This document shows positions 13,852 to 25,900 of a stretch of 64,000 nt of DNA, piece by piece (the stretch's first letter is position 1; every line of letters starts with the position of its first letter). This DNA comes from Eutreptiella sp. 'Long Island Sound 2002'. Lineage: Eukaryota > Protista > Euglenida. The stretch spans positions 3,348,001 through 3,412,000 of the forward strand of contig OZ038378.1 of assembly GCA_964036045.1 (NCBI GenBank), given 5' to 3'. The position numbers and the translations under genes were made by a program. Under the pieces are notes generated by a model that did not search any database, was not told the DNA's origin, and saw only the letters and a list, made by a program, of their open reading frames with translations.

Positions 13852-14983
13852 ACCGAGCTGGTGGAACCAGTCTTGGTTTTATAACCCTTTTTAGTGTCTA
13901 GGGTGGACCTACCAGGTTTAGCAGCAGCAGCAGCAAGCAAGCAGCAGCAAGCAAGCAAGCAGCACGCGCGAAATGGGTAAAAATCAGAACTCCGTCGTGG
14001 TGCATTGGATTTGGTTGAAATTTTGGTGCATGATACCTATGGGTGTGAAGTACAATCACACAAAGTTTGAGCAAGAAACTCAACGGTGGCGGCCGGGAAC
14101 GGGATTCGCAAGTGGCGGACCTCAGTTTCAAAAACTGCACTTTAGGGCCAAAAACAGCCATTTTTGGGCCAAAAAAGCCCTGGAACCTACTCAAAACGGC
14201 CAAACGAAGGGAAACGGTGGGTACACTCCATGTGCGTCTTGACTTCCCCGTATCCACGAGCTCTTTGCGGCCCTCTAACTCCATGATATGTCCCGGAAAC
14301 GGCCCAAAAAGGCCCCCAGAAGCTCCAAATGCCGACAGCCACAAACCAAGAATAGGCCATATCTTTGGCTACATGGCTCAAAATGCGATTCCGAGGGCAC
14401 CTACTCCACCCGCAACCCCCCACTTTTTGTGGTTTCCACCCCTCAGAATTGCCCAAACGGACGCCTACACCCCAATACCTAGGCCCACTAGGCTGCAGCA
14501 AGCTGCAAGCTCAAGCCCAAACAGGTGGGTGCCCAAATGGGTCAACAGGGTCCAGTAGGGGCAAAAAGATGACTTTTCTCAAAAATGATCCTAGACCATG
14601 TGCGACGCTGAAACAAGTGTTTTTGGACCGTTTGGAGCTTGTGGTGGCCCATTTTGGTCCTCCGAAAATCCCAAAATGCCTTGAAAATGGGCTGTTTTGG
14701 GACCAAAAATGGGTCAAAAATGGGTCAAAAACGCTTTTTTCCAAACCTCATCCTAGACCATTTGGGGTGCACAAACGGGTGAAATGAGCCCGTTTTGAGC
14801 CCATTTTGGGGCATTTTGGCCCCTCAGAAGTCCAAAAAGCCTTGAAAGTGGGCCTCGTGGTGATGGGGTTCACTTGCAAGACTTTGTCAAGAGCCATCAA
14901 TGTGTGAATCATTCTTGATGTCCCTCACCAGTCATAGCTGATGTTCCCTCCCCCACCAGCTCGGTCCCAATATTCAGTCTTGA
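13852..14983 (+). mobile_element. Non-autonomous repeat unit 1 (~1.13 kb) with asymmetric 13-bp inverted repeats and a CAG/CAAG microsatellite; HINE/Helitron2-like or MITE-like
   Basis: ACCGAGCTGGTGG (13852-13864) is inverted as CCACCAGCTCGGT (14953-14965), 18 nt from the end. A (CAG)/(CAAG) run lies at about 13921-13963. A near-identical copy follows. Confidence 0.7.
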
Positions 14984-14991
14984 TTAGGGTT

Positions 14992-16141
14992 ACCGAGCTG
15001 GTGGAACCAGTCTTGGTTTTATAACCCTTTTTAGTGTCTAGGGTGGACCTACCAGGTTTAGCAGCAGCAGCAGCAAGCAGCAGCAAGCAGCAGCAAGCAG
15101 CAAGCAGCAGCACGCGCGAAATGGGTAAAAATCAGAACTCCGTCGTGGGGGTTCAGATTCGGGTGAAATTTTGGTGGATGATACCTATGGGTGTGAAGTA
15201 CAATCACACAAAGTTTGAGCAAGAAACTCAACGGTGGCGGCCGGGCACGGGATTTGCAAGTGGCGGACCTCGCTTTCAAAAACTGCACTTTAGGGCCAAA
15301 AACAGCCATTTTTGGGCTTAAAAAGCCCTAGAACACATTCAAAACGGCCAAACGAAGGGAAACGGTGGCTACTCTGCACGTGCGGCTTGACTTCCCTGTG
15401 TCAACGAGCTCTTTGCCGCCCTCTAACTCCATGACATGTCCCGGAAACGGCCCAAAAAGGCCCCCAGAAGCTTCAAATGCCGACAGCCACAAACCAAGAA
15501 TAGGCCATATCTTTGGCTACATGGCTCAAAATGCGATTCCGAGGGCACCTACTCCACCCGCAACCCCCCACTTTTTGTGGTTTCCACCCCTTAGAATTGC
15601 CCAAACGGACGCCTACACCCTCGTACTTAGGCCCACTAGGCTGCGGCAAGCTGCAAGCTCAAGCCCAAACAGGTGGGTGCCCAAATGGGTCATTAGGGTC
15701 CAGTAGGGGCAAAAAGATGACTTTTCTCAAAAATGATCCTAGACCATGTGCGACGCTAAAACAAGTGTTTTTGGACCATTTTGAGCTTGTGGTGGCCCAT
15801 TTTGGTCCTCCGAAAATCCCAAAATGCCTTGAAAAAAGGCTGTTTTGGGACCAGAAATGGGTCAAGAATGGGTCAAAAACGCGTTTTTCCAAAAATCATC
15901 CTAGACCATTTGGGGTGCACAAACGGGTGAAATGAGCCCATTTTGAGCCCATTTTGGGGCATTTTGGCCCCTCAGAAGTCCAACAAAAGCCTTGAAAGTG
16001 GGCCTCGTGGTGATGGGGTTGACTTGCAAGCTGATTTCACTTTGTGAAGAGCCATCAATGTGTGAATCATTCTTGATGTCCTTCACCAGTCATAGCTAAT
16101 GTTCCCTCCCCCACCAGCTCGGTCCCAATATTCAGTCTTGA
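14992..16141 (+). mobile_element. Non-autonomous repeat unit 2, head-to-tail copy of unit 1
   Basis: Aligns by eye with 13852-14983 over its whole length. Inverted repeats are at 14992-15004 and 16111-16123. It is separated from unit 1 by TTAGGGTT. Confidence 0.75.
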
Positions 16142-16271
16142 TTAGGTGTAGGGATAGGAGTAGGCTGAGGGTTGGGGGTGTCGCCCCCCCCAGGAGTGGA
16201 ACGGGAAGGGCAGAGGTGAGGCCTTGCTGCATTGCGCTGCCGTCGTCACCAGAGGCTTCTTGTTGTCCGAC

Positions 16272-16568
16272 ATGGAGACCGAGGTGGTGCCCCAGCCCTT
16301 CCACATGCCTCTACCAAACCCCCCTGCAGGGCCGCCCCCCGTCCCTCCTGGGCCCTTGCCACTGCCTCTCCCGGCAGACACTGGCCCTCCCCCAGCCATG
16401 CCCCTGCCGAACCCTGCTGCCCCGCCGGACACCCCTGCCCCCCTTCTTGAGGACGTGGTCACGCAGCTGCAAATGAAGTTGGCCGGGCTGTCCACCGTCT
16501 TCTTTGACTCTCTGGGCTGCCTCCAGCGCGACGCCCCTCCTTTGGACCCTGACAACCCAAACCCACAG
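16272..16568 (+). CDS. MED21: Mediator subunit 21, exon 1 (Pro-rich N-terminal extension + conserved helix)
   Basis: DVVTQLQMKLAGLSTVFFDSLGCLQRDAPP matches the MED21/SRB7 N-terminal pattern (D..xQLQ...F...G.LQRDAPP). The exon is 99 codons and ends CAG|GTGTGT, phase 0. Confidence 0.85.
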
Positions 16569-17525
16569 GTGTGTCGCTGTGTGGGGGGTTTGCCTCACGG
16601 GGCAGGCACAACGCGAACCGTTGTGGCTGGTCTCCGTCCGCGCCCGCTTTCAGTTGGGGTGCGCCCGTTTTTGTCCGGGTTTTGGGGCCGTCCGTGAGTG
16701 GCGTCCGTTTTAAGTTTCGGGCCCCCCTTCTGTACCCGTCCGTCGGCGGGCGCCAGCGTTAGGGATGGGTACAATCTGATGCACGGCCGGACTGGAAGGG
16801 CATGTGCCGGTGTGACACCGCACGCCACTGTGGAACGGATATGTGCACCGTCCGATCTGACGCAAAAGGCGCCGACACGATAGCCCAAGAGTTTCACTGA
16901 GCAGCTCAGCCGGATAGACCCGCTGTCCTGTACGCACACCCTCCCCCTGTCGTATCCCAGGCCCCTACCGCCCGCCCACCCCCCTTGTCAACGCTACGCG
17001 ACAGTGATTCGCGTGGTTGGCTGCACAGAATGCAGGCGACGGGCTCGCTGTGTTCGTACCTGATGTACTCGGGGTGGTTCCCGGGGGTTGACGCCCATCG
17101 CTGTGGCATGGCCGCGCTGCACTACCCGCAGGCACCGTAATGCATGACTCGTTTTGCAACCACTTTGTAGTGTCATCAGAAACCCCTTGTTTTCGTGCAA
17201 TAATTGGGTCAGGTGGGTGCCGGACGGTCCAGCAGGTCAAGGCTTTACCGACTTACCGAAACCATTGGACTGTGGGCACCCAGCACGTCCACGAGCTACA
17301 CTCTGCCTCCAAGTGTGGGCAGTTTATGGGCATCGAGTAACCAAGGAACCAAGGAATGACCTTTTTGCCACAGTGTGTTGCAACACGTTCTGCAGTGCGC
17401 GCGCGGTATTGCCCTGCCCGTTTGTGTGCGCTGCATGCCGTGCCCCAGGCCGGGCAAGGGTATGCAGGCCGATTTTGGGTTACCCCCCCCCATCTGTATA
17501 AGCCACGCCCTTGTCCAAGCTACAG

Positions 17526-18837
17526 CTACGGCGAAACGCGTCCGAGGTTGGATGCAAGCAGGGTACGGGGTTTGGTTCGGGGACAACAGTAATCGTAATT
17601 TTCGGGCACACGTGCCAGCACATGAGCGACAGAGTATCAGCCGGGGGGAGTTACGAGGGGTGCTACATGCGATGCTCAGTCGGGAGGCGGGGGAGCGGAT
17701 GGTGGTGGTGGTGGATTCCGAATACATTTTTAAGGCTATCACAGTGTGGACGGACAAGTGGAAGAGGCACGGGTGGCGCACGTCGTCAGGGGAGGTGGGG
17801 CACAGAGACTTGTGGGAGCACATTGATTGGCTTCGCGGGGAGGCGGGGGACAAGTTACAGGTCCGCTGGGTGCCATCGCACCTCGGGGTGGCCGGTAATG
17901 AGGCAGCCGATGAACTAGCGGGGCAGGGCCGGGAGCTGCACCCCTATAACCTGCTGCCCCTGTCCAAGCGACGCCGAGTCACGGAGTGGGATGCATTGGG
18001 GCTGGAGCCTATGGCCGAAGTGTCCGACCGGGACCTAGGGTCAGAGGTGGACTCTGGGGGGACGTCAAGCGGCAGTTCGACCGCATCGTCAACGTCGGAC
18101 GACGAAGACGTTTTTCTGTCCAGCTCGGAAGACATGTCATTCAGTACGGATGTCAGTGACACGCGGTTGCGGGGGACGTGGGACAGTGACAGTGATGGGT
18201 TCAGTACGGACGTGAGTGAGAGCAGGAAGAGGCGGCGGAGGGGGATCGAGTCCTGAGACGGAGGGGCGCCAGTGGCGCCTCTGGAGCACGGGGCAACAAC
18301 GGGGGAGGAGCATACCAGAAACACGCGTGGCTCCCAAGCCACGGTCGGTGGCGAGGTCGACGGGCACGCCACCGGGCATATCCGCCTTGAAGGCCTGCAC
18401 TAAGTGCACACCGCAGCAGCAACCGCTGGGGTCGGTGGGGGGGGGAGAGACCTGGTGGTTTCCGCGGCCGGTGCACAGCACATCGGACAGTAGCATATCG
18501 GAAACACGCTTGTCTCCCACGTCATGGGTCGTGGGTTCGAAACCCGGCGGACAGGTCGCTGGGGGTTCATCATAGTGGGCGACACGGGGGGTGGTTTTAT
18601 TTTCGTCTCGGAGGTACCTGTCAGCTCAACCCAGTTCCTGCTGAGGGTAGGGAGGGCGACCTGACCTATCCCGAAGAACTGTGGCGGCGCCTCCGGCGCC
18701 GTATCCGAAGGAGAGCTGTGGCGCTTCGCTGGACAGATGGGACAATGTGTGCCGCGGCTCCGCCGCGTGATACTTGCTGATTGAGGGCATAGGTCTGTCG
18801 GTGGGGACCTATTGCTGAACTTTCCACTGTTCTATGG
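17526..18837 (+). mobile_element. 5'-truncated LINE fragment (RNase H + Ser/Asp-rich tail + 3' UTR) with 11-bp target-site duplication, inside the MED21 intron
   Basis: RNase H motifs AGYGVWFG, RQSISRGELR, VVVDSEY, WVPSHLGVAGNEAADELA. It is flanked by CCAAGCTACAG at 17515-17525 and 18838-18848. An uninterrupted copy of the target is at 19087-19130. Confidence 0.85.
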
Positions 18838-19626
18838 CCAAGCTACAGTAGGCGTAGGGACCATAATAATTCTGTACGTAATTTGATTACGTACAAAATG
18901 TAGTGTGGCCACATAAGACATGGGTGTGTCGTCACATTTGCCAATTTCAGCACATGTGGCCCCCTGCTGGTGCACCAGGAATTTTTTATTTTTTTTGGTC
19001 TGATGCATCCCATAGGTCCTGAATTGCCAAGTTCAGCACATGTGGCCTGCGCACGTGTGTGTCGGCAGTTGTATGTGTTGCGCGCAAGCCACGCCCTTGT
19101 CCAAGCTACAGTAGGTGTAGGGACTGTAATAATTGTGTACCTTGGCGTAGCTTATACAAGGGGGGGGGGGGGGGGTACTGGCATTCGTCACACCGACGTT
19201 CGTCAGTTGAAGGTCGGCCCGGTCTGCAACTGCAAACGTTTTCGGTCCGGGTTGTGGGGTGCATTTGGTGTGGTCTTTCGCAGTGGAATCCCACCACTTG
19301 AGCAGGGAGGGTGATTGGGGCAGGAACATCGCAACCCCCCCCCCCTGTTTCGGGGACCCGGTTTCCCCGAATCAGCCTGAAACGTTAGCCCGAATCAGTG
19401 GTGAAGAGCGTGGAGATCACAAGTTTGAAGACCAGCAATGTTTCCATGCATTTTGTGTGTGCATTTGACAGTCCCATCAGGTCGAAAACTGCAGGAAAAG
19501 TGGAAAATTTTCCGGTCCGTGGGAAGGTGCGATTGAACTTGGTACCTCCCAAAGTGCCTCATACTGCCTCACACTGTGACGTACCACAGCCCCTGCCCCA
19601 TTCGCCTCGCACGTTCTGTCACGCAG

Positions 19627-19881
19627 GTGGTGGAGCTGATACGGCGCACCGGTGATGTCCACGCCCGCAAAGTCGTGGATGTGGTCCGGGAGATGGACGC
19701 CCTGATCGACGGCCTCCCCGACGAGGATGAGGCAGCGCAGTGCCGCGAGTTGGCACGCCTGCAGGCGGAGAGTGAGGCCAAGGCCGTGAAACTGGACGAG
19801 GAGCGGCGGGGGGCTCAAAGAACGCTGGAAAGCATCCGGGAGGCGATCCAGCAGGTGGCGGCGGACCGCATCATGATGTAG
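19627..19881 (+). CDS. MED21: Mediator subunit 21, exon 2 (spliced protein 183 aa; 3,058-nt GT-AG intron 16569-19626)
   Basis: Acceptor TTCTGTCACGCAG|GTG, phase 0. REMDALIDGLPDEDEAAQCRELARLQAESEAKAVKL...QQVAAD matches the MED21 C-terminal D.L...LP/coiled-coil pattern. Confidence 0.85.
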   Translation: MVELIRRTGDVHARKVVDVVREMDALIDGLPDEDEAAQCRELARLQAESEAKAVKLDEERRGAQRTLESIREAIQQVAADRIMM

Positions 19882-22800
19882 GACCGGGGGGGCCTCGGCG
19901 CGCGTGCGTCAGGCCTGGCCCTGTGTACGGCAGCGGCGCCCCATTTCTGTTCGATCCGGATCTCCGGTAAGGATTCAGTGTCCGGTTTCGAGTCACTGAA
20001 TCCGGTTGCCGCAGCAGATTTGCATCGCACGCTCGTCAGAATCAGAGTCAGCGCTGGTGTTTGGACATTTGAAACGCGACCCAATTTTCACATCCGATTC
20101 CCAGCAAATGGGGGTTGGGCTGGACTGCAGTGCTCCTTGCGATCGAGCGGAGCGGTATCCGATGTTGCATGGCACTGGCGCGCATCCTTCTGAATACTGC
20201 TTTGGGCTGGTGCCGAAGGGTTGCCCAGAGTGTGTGCAACAGTGCGTTGCACGGGCCCCGGGTGTTCGTGAAGTTGGCGGTGCCGCAGATGCGCCAGTGT
20301 GTGGCCTGGTGGTATGGTCGTGAGGACGTGTGGAGGATGGAGGCTGCCTGGTACGTGGGGCTGTGCTGGAACGGCACTGGGGGGGCTTTGGTCCACGGAT
20401 TTCTTGCCGGGGCAAACGATGGGAGGCAATGCGGGTAATTGTGAGGCGCGAAGCCAGAGGACGGGGAGGGTGAAGCATTGTGAGACATGTGAGGAACAGT
20501 GGGGCAATGCAGGTGTGCTCACGACGCGCTCTGTATGAACTCCTCTCGGATGGAAGCGCAGGCATGGCCCAGCAAGCCTCCCGCACTTCTTTCAGTTGCA
20601 TCACACACACCAATCCAATTTGCCTCGTGCAAAGACATGCAGACACGCTTGTGCCAGCAACGTGATGATAGCTCACACAGTGACTCTGCTGGGGGCCCCC
20701 ACAAAAACTGTGCTCCCCCTGCGACTGCACCAGTGTCCACAGCTGCGGGATCGTCCAAGTGATGAACAGGCGCCAACAGGCTCGAGCTACCCCAGGGTCC
20801 AGCCCCATGGCAGGGCCGTTTTCCTCGCAGCGTAGGTCCTTCGGTACTGGTTGTGCTGGGGCTGGATTGGCAGTGCAGCGCGTTGGTCATCCGTCGGGAG
20901 TATGACGAACACCAACGCGAAGCGGTGTGCAGTTGGCCCGAGGGACGTTCGCCGCCCAATGTTCGCCCCTACGACCAGCGTACTTGCCGCTTGCCTGTCT
21001 GTGCTGTGCAGGGAGCTCCGATGGGTCATGCCCATTACAGCAGGGCCCCGCTCTGCTGTGGGGGGATTTGGGGCCCATGGGTTTTGGGGCGAGGGTTCCC
21101 CTCTGCGCAGATGGCTCTCACCACCTCTTCTCGGTTGTCTGACTCCCAACTTGTGATTGTGCTTAGCCCCGGGCGACCAAGAGAGCCCAGAAGAAAAGGG
21201 TACGGGACTGCAACCTCTTGACCGTAGTAAACCCAACTGTCACTAACCAAGGTTTCGACGTAGGGTTTGGGGGGTACTAGCAAAACGACGTCTGAACACG
21301 GCCAACCACTGCCGTGTGGCTGTGTTGCAGTGTAGAGCTCATTTCTGAAACACTGTCTGAAAAGCTGATCGCTGCCCTGACCGTTACATTCACCACTGTC
21401 CTCGCTAACCCCCGTCCCGGCCTTGGTGTGGGCCTGCACATTCCCTGTGCTCACCGGCCACCCCCTTCAGTGTCTGTATGCTTCGGCTGCTGTGTATCTC
21501 CGTCAGCCACCCCTTTGGCACACTTGACATATCAGTTAAAAAGGGAAGGGCACGGTGGGCGGTGGTTGTACACATTCAAAGGGGTTGGTGGTAGCAAAAG
21601 CTGGCGGGTCACCAAAGTTGTGCAGCGGCCACTGGCCTCGTGAACATATGGTGCGCTTAGTGTGCACTGTGCTAGAGCTGCATGTGGAGAAAAGTACACG
21701 TTCATTCACGAACCCAAATGACCATAAACAGGCATTAACACGGTTTGCGTGTGTCTCGGGGCCGCGCGCTCCCGCCCGTCAGATGGTTGTTCGGCTTATG
21801 CTGTGCCCGTGTCTTGAGGGAGCGAGGTCCAGGGAACCAGCCAAACCCAAATGACCGTAAACAGGCATTTACACGGTTTGCGTGTGTCTCATCTCGTCCT
21901 TCTAAGCATTTGTGTGTGTGTCATGGGAATGAAAAGCGCAGCCCGGTTTGGTGGCCATCTGATGTGCTCTTGTGATGTGTGCCGGCAGCTGTCGGGGGTA
22001 TCAGCCAACGCGTGCCTTTTAGGCGGCCCCTTTTGGGGGTTGTCGAAAATGGCCGCTTCCACACGACGGTCAGGCACAAAAATGAAGGGCCCATGTATCA
22101 GGCCTTTTGTGCCTTATCATTTGCATCATGGTCAGAATTCCGACACACCACAGCACTGTCAGCTGACATCACACAGGTGCGCTCCCTACAGGACACATTG
22201 TCAGAGTCCGTGCTTGTGGTGCACAGGCCCGAGCCATGTCAGGTGTGAGTTTGAAAATGTAGTCAGGCTCGGTTCCCTGGGCGACAGGAGGTATACGATC
22301 CAAGTGTCACATAGCAACCGATGCGGTACCAATTTTCTGATACCCGTGCGACATTTGTGTCCTGCAAGGCGGCGTGCACTGCACTCCTGTCATGCCATCT
22401 GTAAGCACATTGTACACAGTCAGAACTCCAACAACATACTGCACCAGGGCTCACTCAGGCGGCCCGACAGGAGTCCCAGAAAAACGCACTTACCATTCGG
22501 AGAGCCAACAAAACAGAGCAAAACAAAAGTGAGTTGTTCGCGTTTTGCGCTTCCCATTTGACCCCTCCTGCCTTGGGGGCGTTCTAACCAGCGCGACGAA
22601 GAGCGGAAATAGCTGTAGCAGACGTATGATGCCAGTGATGCTAGCATACCCTGTGGGTGGGGAAATGCATCTCCCTCCCCCCGGTCGGGTCATCAGGAGA
22701 GGACAAAATCCCCTGGGGTACAGCAGGGAGGGCACAGGCACTGGAGGGAATGGGCATGCCAAGGAAGGCACAGCGTACACTATTTCTGCCAGAAGCAGTC

Positions 22801-24689
22801 ATTCAATTGACTTGCATGGTGAATTTCATTTGCAGTGTTTCCCCGTGAAAGGTGGTTTGCCGTAGGGGTGCTGCTGGGGCCTGGCGCGTCTGACGACCTG
22901 CAGAGCAACCCAAAGGGGGTGCCGCCTGCACGGTGCACAGGGTGCGGCGCGCGGTGCGACGTCAGCCCGGTGCGCACCCAAATGATGGTAACGCTAAACG
23001 TGGCTCAAAAGTGGGCAGTGGGCACTGAATGCAATGGTTGAGTGAATCGCATTCTGGTGTCTCCCTTCGTCTCAAGAGCTCACATGTCAATGAATTTGGA
23101 ACTGTTGGAGCCAGGCAGTGGTGTGTTTCATCTGCGAGGCACTATGAACAAGAGTGTGCCCGCCACCATCGGCCCAGCACCCCCCCGGATTGTGTGGCAA
23201 TCCGTTACGAACGGTCTGGTCATCCCCAGCTGTATCCAGATTGCCCACTCCACCGCTTCACATTCCCCATGTTGTGTGTTGAACCTTCCTTGGGCCGTGA
23301 GAGCCGCCGGCCCTTTTCTATCACACGGGGATGTGGGCAGCTGCAACCATCAACACCCAAGGGATGAAGTCTTTGGACCGCAGGAGGCTGTTGTTGCATG
23401 CAAACTCCTTCAACCACCGCGTCCCTGCCTACATTCAACAAGGGTGCCCGTTACAGTGAAAAAAAAAGTTCTTTCCTCTGACGTGCGCGGTGCATGCGGT
23501 GCGATTTCAGCACCCTCAAAGCCAAGAGGGCGCGCAGGCCACTGATTGCTGGGGGCCAGGAAGCTGTGTGCTGACAGTCAGGGATGTATCGGTGCGCTAA
23601 GTGCGCCTGTCAATGGGGCAATCCAACTCCGAAGTCCTGGCTTGGGTGATCTGTGGGACTCAAAAGGCGAGGACTCAAAAGGGTGCGGCGAGGGGGTAGA
23701 TTGAGCAGGGAGGAGTTCCCAAACATTTTGTCGTGGGACTCCATCCCTTTTCGTGACAAGGCGGAATGTAGGTCGCAGATAGTGCCCTGCAAGCTGCGGG
23801 GGTTCGTGAATAGGTCCCATTGGATTTCGGGGTGCGCAAGTCACAGGGCTGACCTCTTTGTTCAGCGAGGGCGGACCGGGACCACATACCGAAAGGGGGT
23901 ACTCCACCGCAGGACTGTTCGGCACTAGTCAAATGGCTTGGGCGGTTCGTACGACATATGTTACAAGCCATCTTGCGTGGCCATTGCCCACACCCTTGTT
24001 TAGTGACCACAGTACACGGTTGGTTCGTGCAGTCGGCCCTTTTTGCGGTTTGCCCGTGCGAAAGTACCAACGCACCGGTACTGGACCCTCTCACAGGGGC
24101 ACTTCCACACTCAGTCCCACAGTCCTACTAACCTTACCCCCCCCCCTTTGTAACCCCCCCCCCCCCTGGGGAGGAATGGTCATTTGGCCCAAAAAGCATG
24201 GAAAATACTGGGTGCCAAAGGCGCCAAAGAAAAATTCTATTGCCTTCGGCATGTCCACCTCGCAGAGAACTGCCGTGAGCAATGCACACTTGAGTGATGA
24301 GCTGTTGATGGGGATCTCGCTATGAAAATTAAATTGCCCAAATTCACAGAAACTTGCCTTGTTTTATTATGAGCATCTTAAAAAATTGGTCTCATTCCAA
24401 TTCGGGTTGTAGGGTGATGGTAAATTACTCAACACAAAATGTACTTGGAGAACCAAGGATAGAGGGGTTTAGTGGCGGTCTTTCCGACGTACCCTGGAGG
24501 CCCCGCCTTGCCGTCGTTCCCGACTTGCGGGGGCCGAATGGCCGGACTTTTGATTTGGCTTTGATTTGGAAAGCCCCGGAGTGTCCTCGCCAGTAGCCCT
24601 ACCCATCTCCGGAAGCGGCAGGCAAGTAAGTAGCTGGTGGGTGTATTTGGTTGCGGCGTTGTTGTATAGAGGATTACAAGCACACGACT

Positions 24690-24930
24690 AACAGGACGTG
24701 ACATGATGCAAAATCCCCAAAGCGTCGGTATTGCTTGTATGTAGACCGTGTTCAAGAGGTCAAGAAACCGACTACCAGGATTAGACATGATCCAAAATCC
24801 CCACAACGTCGGATCTTGGTTGATGGTGGAGGTGGTCGCCAAAATCCGATTAACAGGACTAGACATTGTCCAAAATCCCCACAGCACCGGGTTCTGGTTG
24901 TTGATGGAGGTGGTGTACCACATTGCCACA
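24690..24930. repeat. Three diverged ~80-bp tandem units (GACATGATCCAAAATCCCCACA core)
   Basis: The core recurs at about 24699, 24784 and 24862. Confidence 0.6.
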
Positions 24931-24933
24931 ATA

Positions 24934-24934
<1 letters not shown>

Positions 24935-25005
<71 letters not shown>
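24935..25005. repeat. (CA)n microsatellite
   Basis: Direct reading. Confidence 0.95.
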
Positions 25006-25006
<1 letters not shown>

Positions 25007-25322
25007 AAGCTCTTTTGATTTGCCCGCCGCTTGCGAGCCGATGTTGCTAGGCTTACATCATAATGCTGTTGATGCATATGCAAAAAGAGTTTTAAGGGTA
25101 GACTTGCAAAAGCAAAATGGGAATCACCCTTCGGCCTTCGGCAAGTGAAACCAATGACCATATTGCTACCGGCGCCACCGGTTGCGAAGCTCAAGTCATG
25201 GATCCCACTTGAGTCCGGTCACCTCAGGTGACGCACATCTTACATGTGTCATGCATGACATTGTGGTTGACTACTGGCATGCACACCATTACTACTTTGG
25301 ATGTGCCTAATAGTGTGCAGCA

Positions 25323-25900
25323 TTATGGCATTTTTTGCAACATCTCATATGTCCTAAGAAGTAATGCAAATCGTTCGGTGGCATGAACGTTCGTTTGATC
25401 TTTGTCCGGGTGAAGCTTTACTGATAGGTGAAGATATTGCTTGCGGATGTTAGCTTTGTTTGTAGCCCCAAGCAATTGCATGCCAACTTCAAAATTGTTC
25501 TTGTCCAAATATTCATACATTGCCGGATATGAAGCAATGGGGAGATCAAGTGATACATGCTCTTCATCGTCATTGGTGAAAAGTTTGGGTTGATGACCAG
25601 TTGACTCCTCTTGGTGAATAGCATGCCTCTTTTTTCTCGGGGGTAATGCATATTCTTCATCATCACTAGTGATGGCCTGTGGTCGAATGTTGGTTGTTTG
25701 CTTTTCGTTGAGACCTTTGTGTGACGATTGCTCCTTGCCTTTCTCATGTTTGTCAAGTTGATTGAAACTTTTTGAAGCAACACACGAAGAACAACGCTTT
25801 TTGGTACCAAGTTTCCATTGGCTCTTTGTAAAGTCTGCACGCAACCGCTGGATACCACAAGAGAAGCATTGTAGTGCATCTTGCAATGAACGTTTGGTGG
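25323..25900 (-). CDS. Helitron polyprotein part D: Stc1-like finger + C-terminal J (DnaJ) domain
   Basis: CFSCGIQRLRADFTKSQWKLGTKKRCSSC, then IRKQYLHLSVKLHPDKDQ...ATERFALLLRTYEML with an intact HPD (25404-25412). It joins part C by a frameshift in the long T run at about 25906-25917. Confidence 0.75.

Noticed and set aside
19971-20003. 10-bp stem hairpin GGATTCAGTG/CACTGAATCC downstream of MED21
   Set aside because: It is a single short stem, probably part of a dispersed repeat, and no function can be supported.
20000-24600. Numerous overlapping ORFs of 60-270 aa
   Set aside because: No domain motifs or consistent codon bias. The region looks like decayed repeats, including a ~50-bp duplication near 21712 and 21845.
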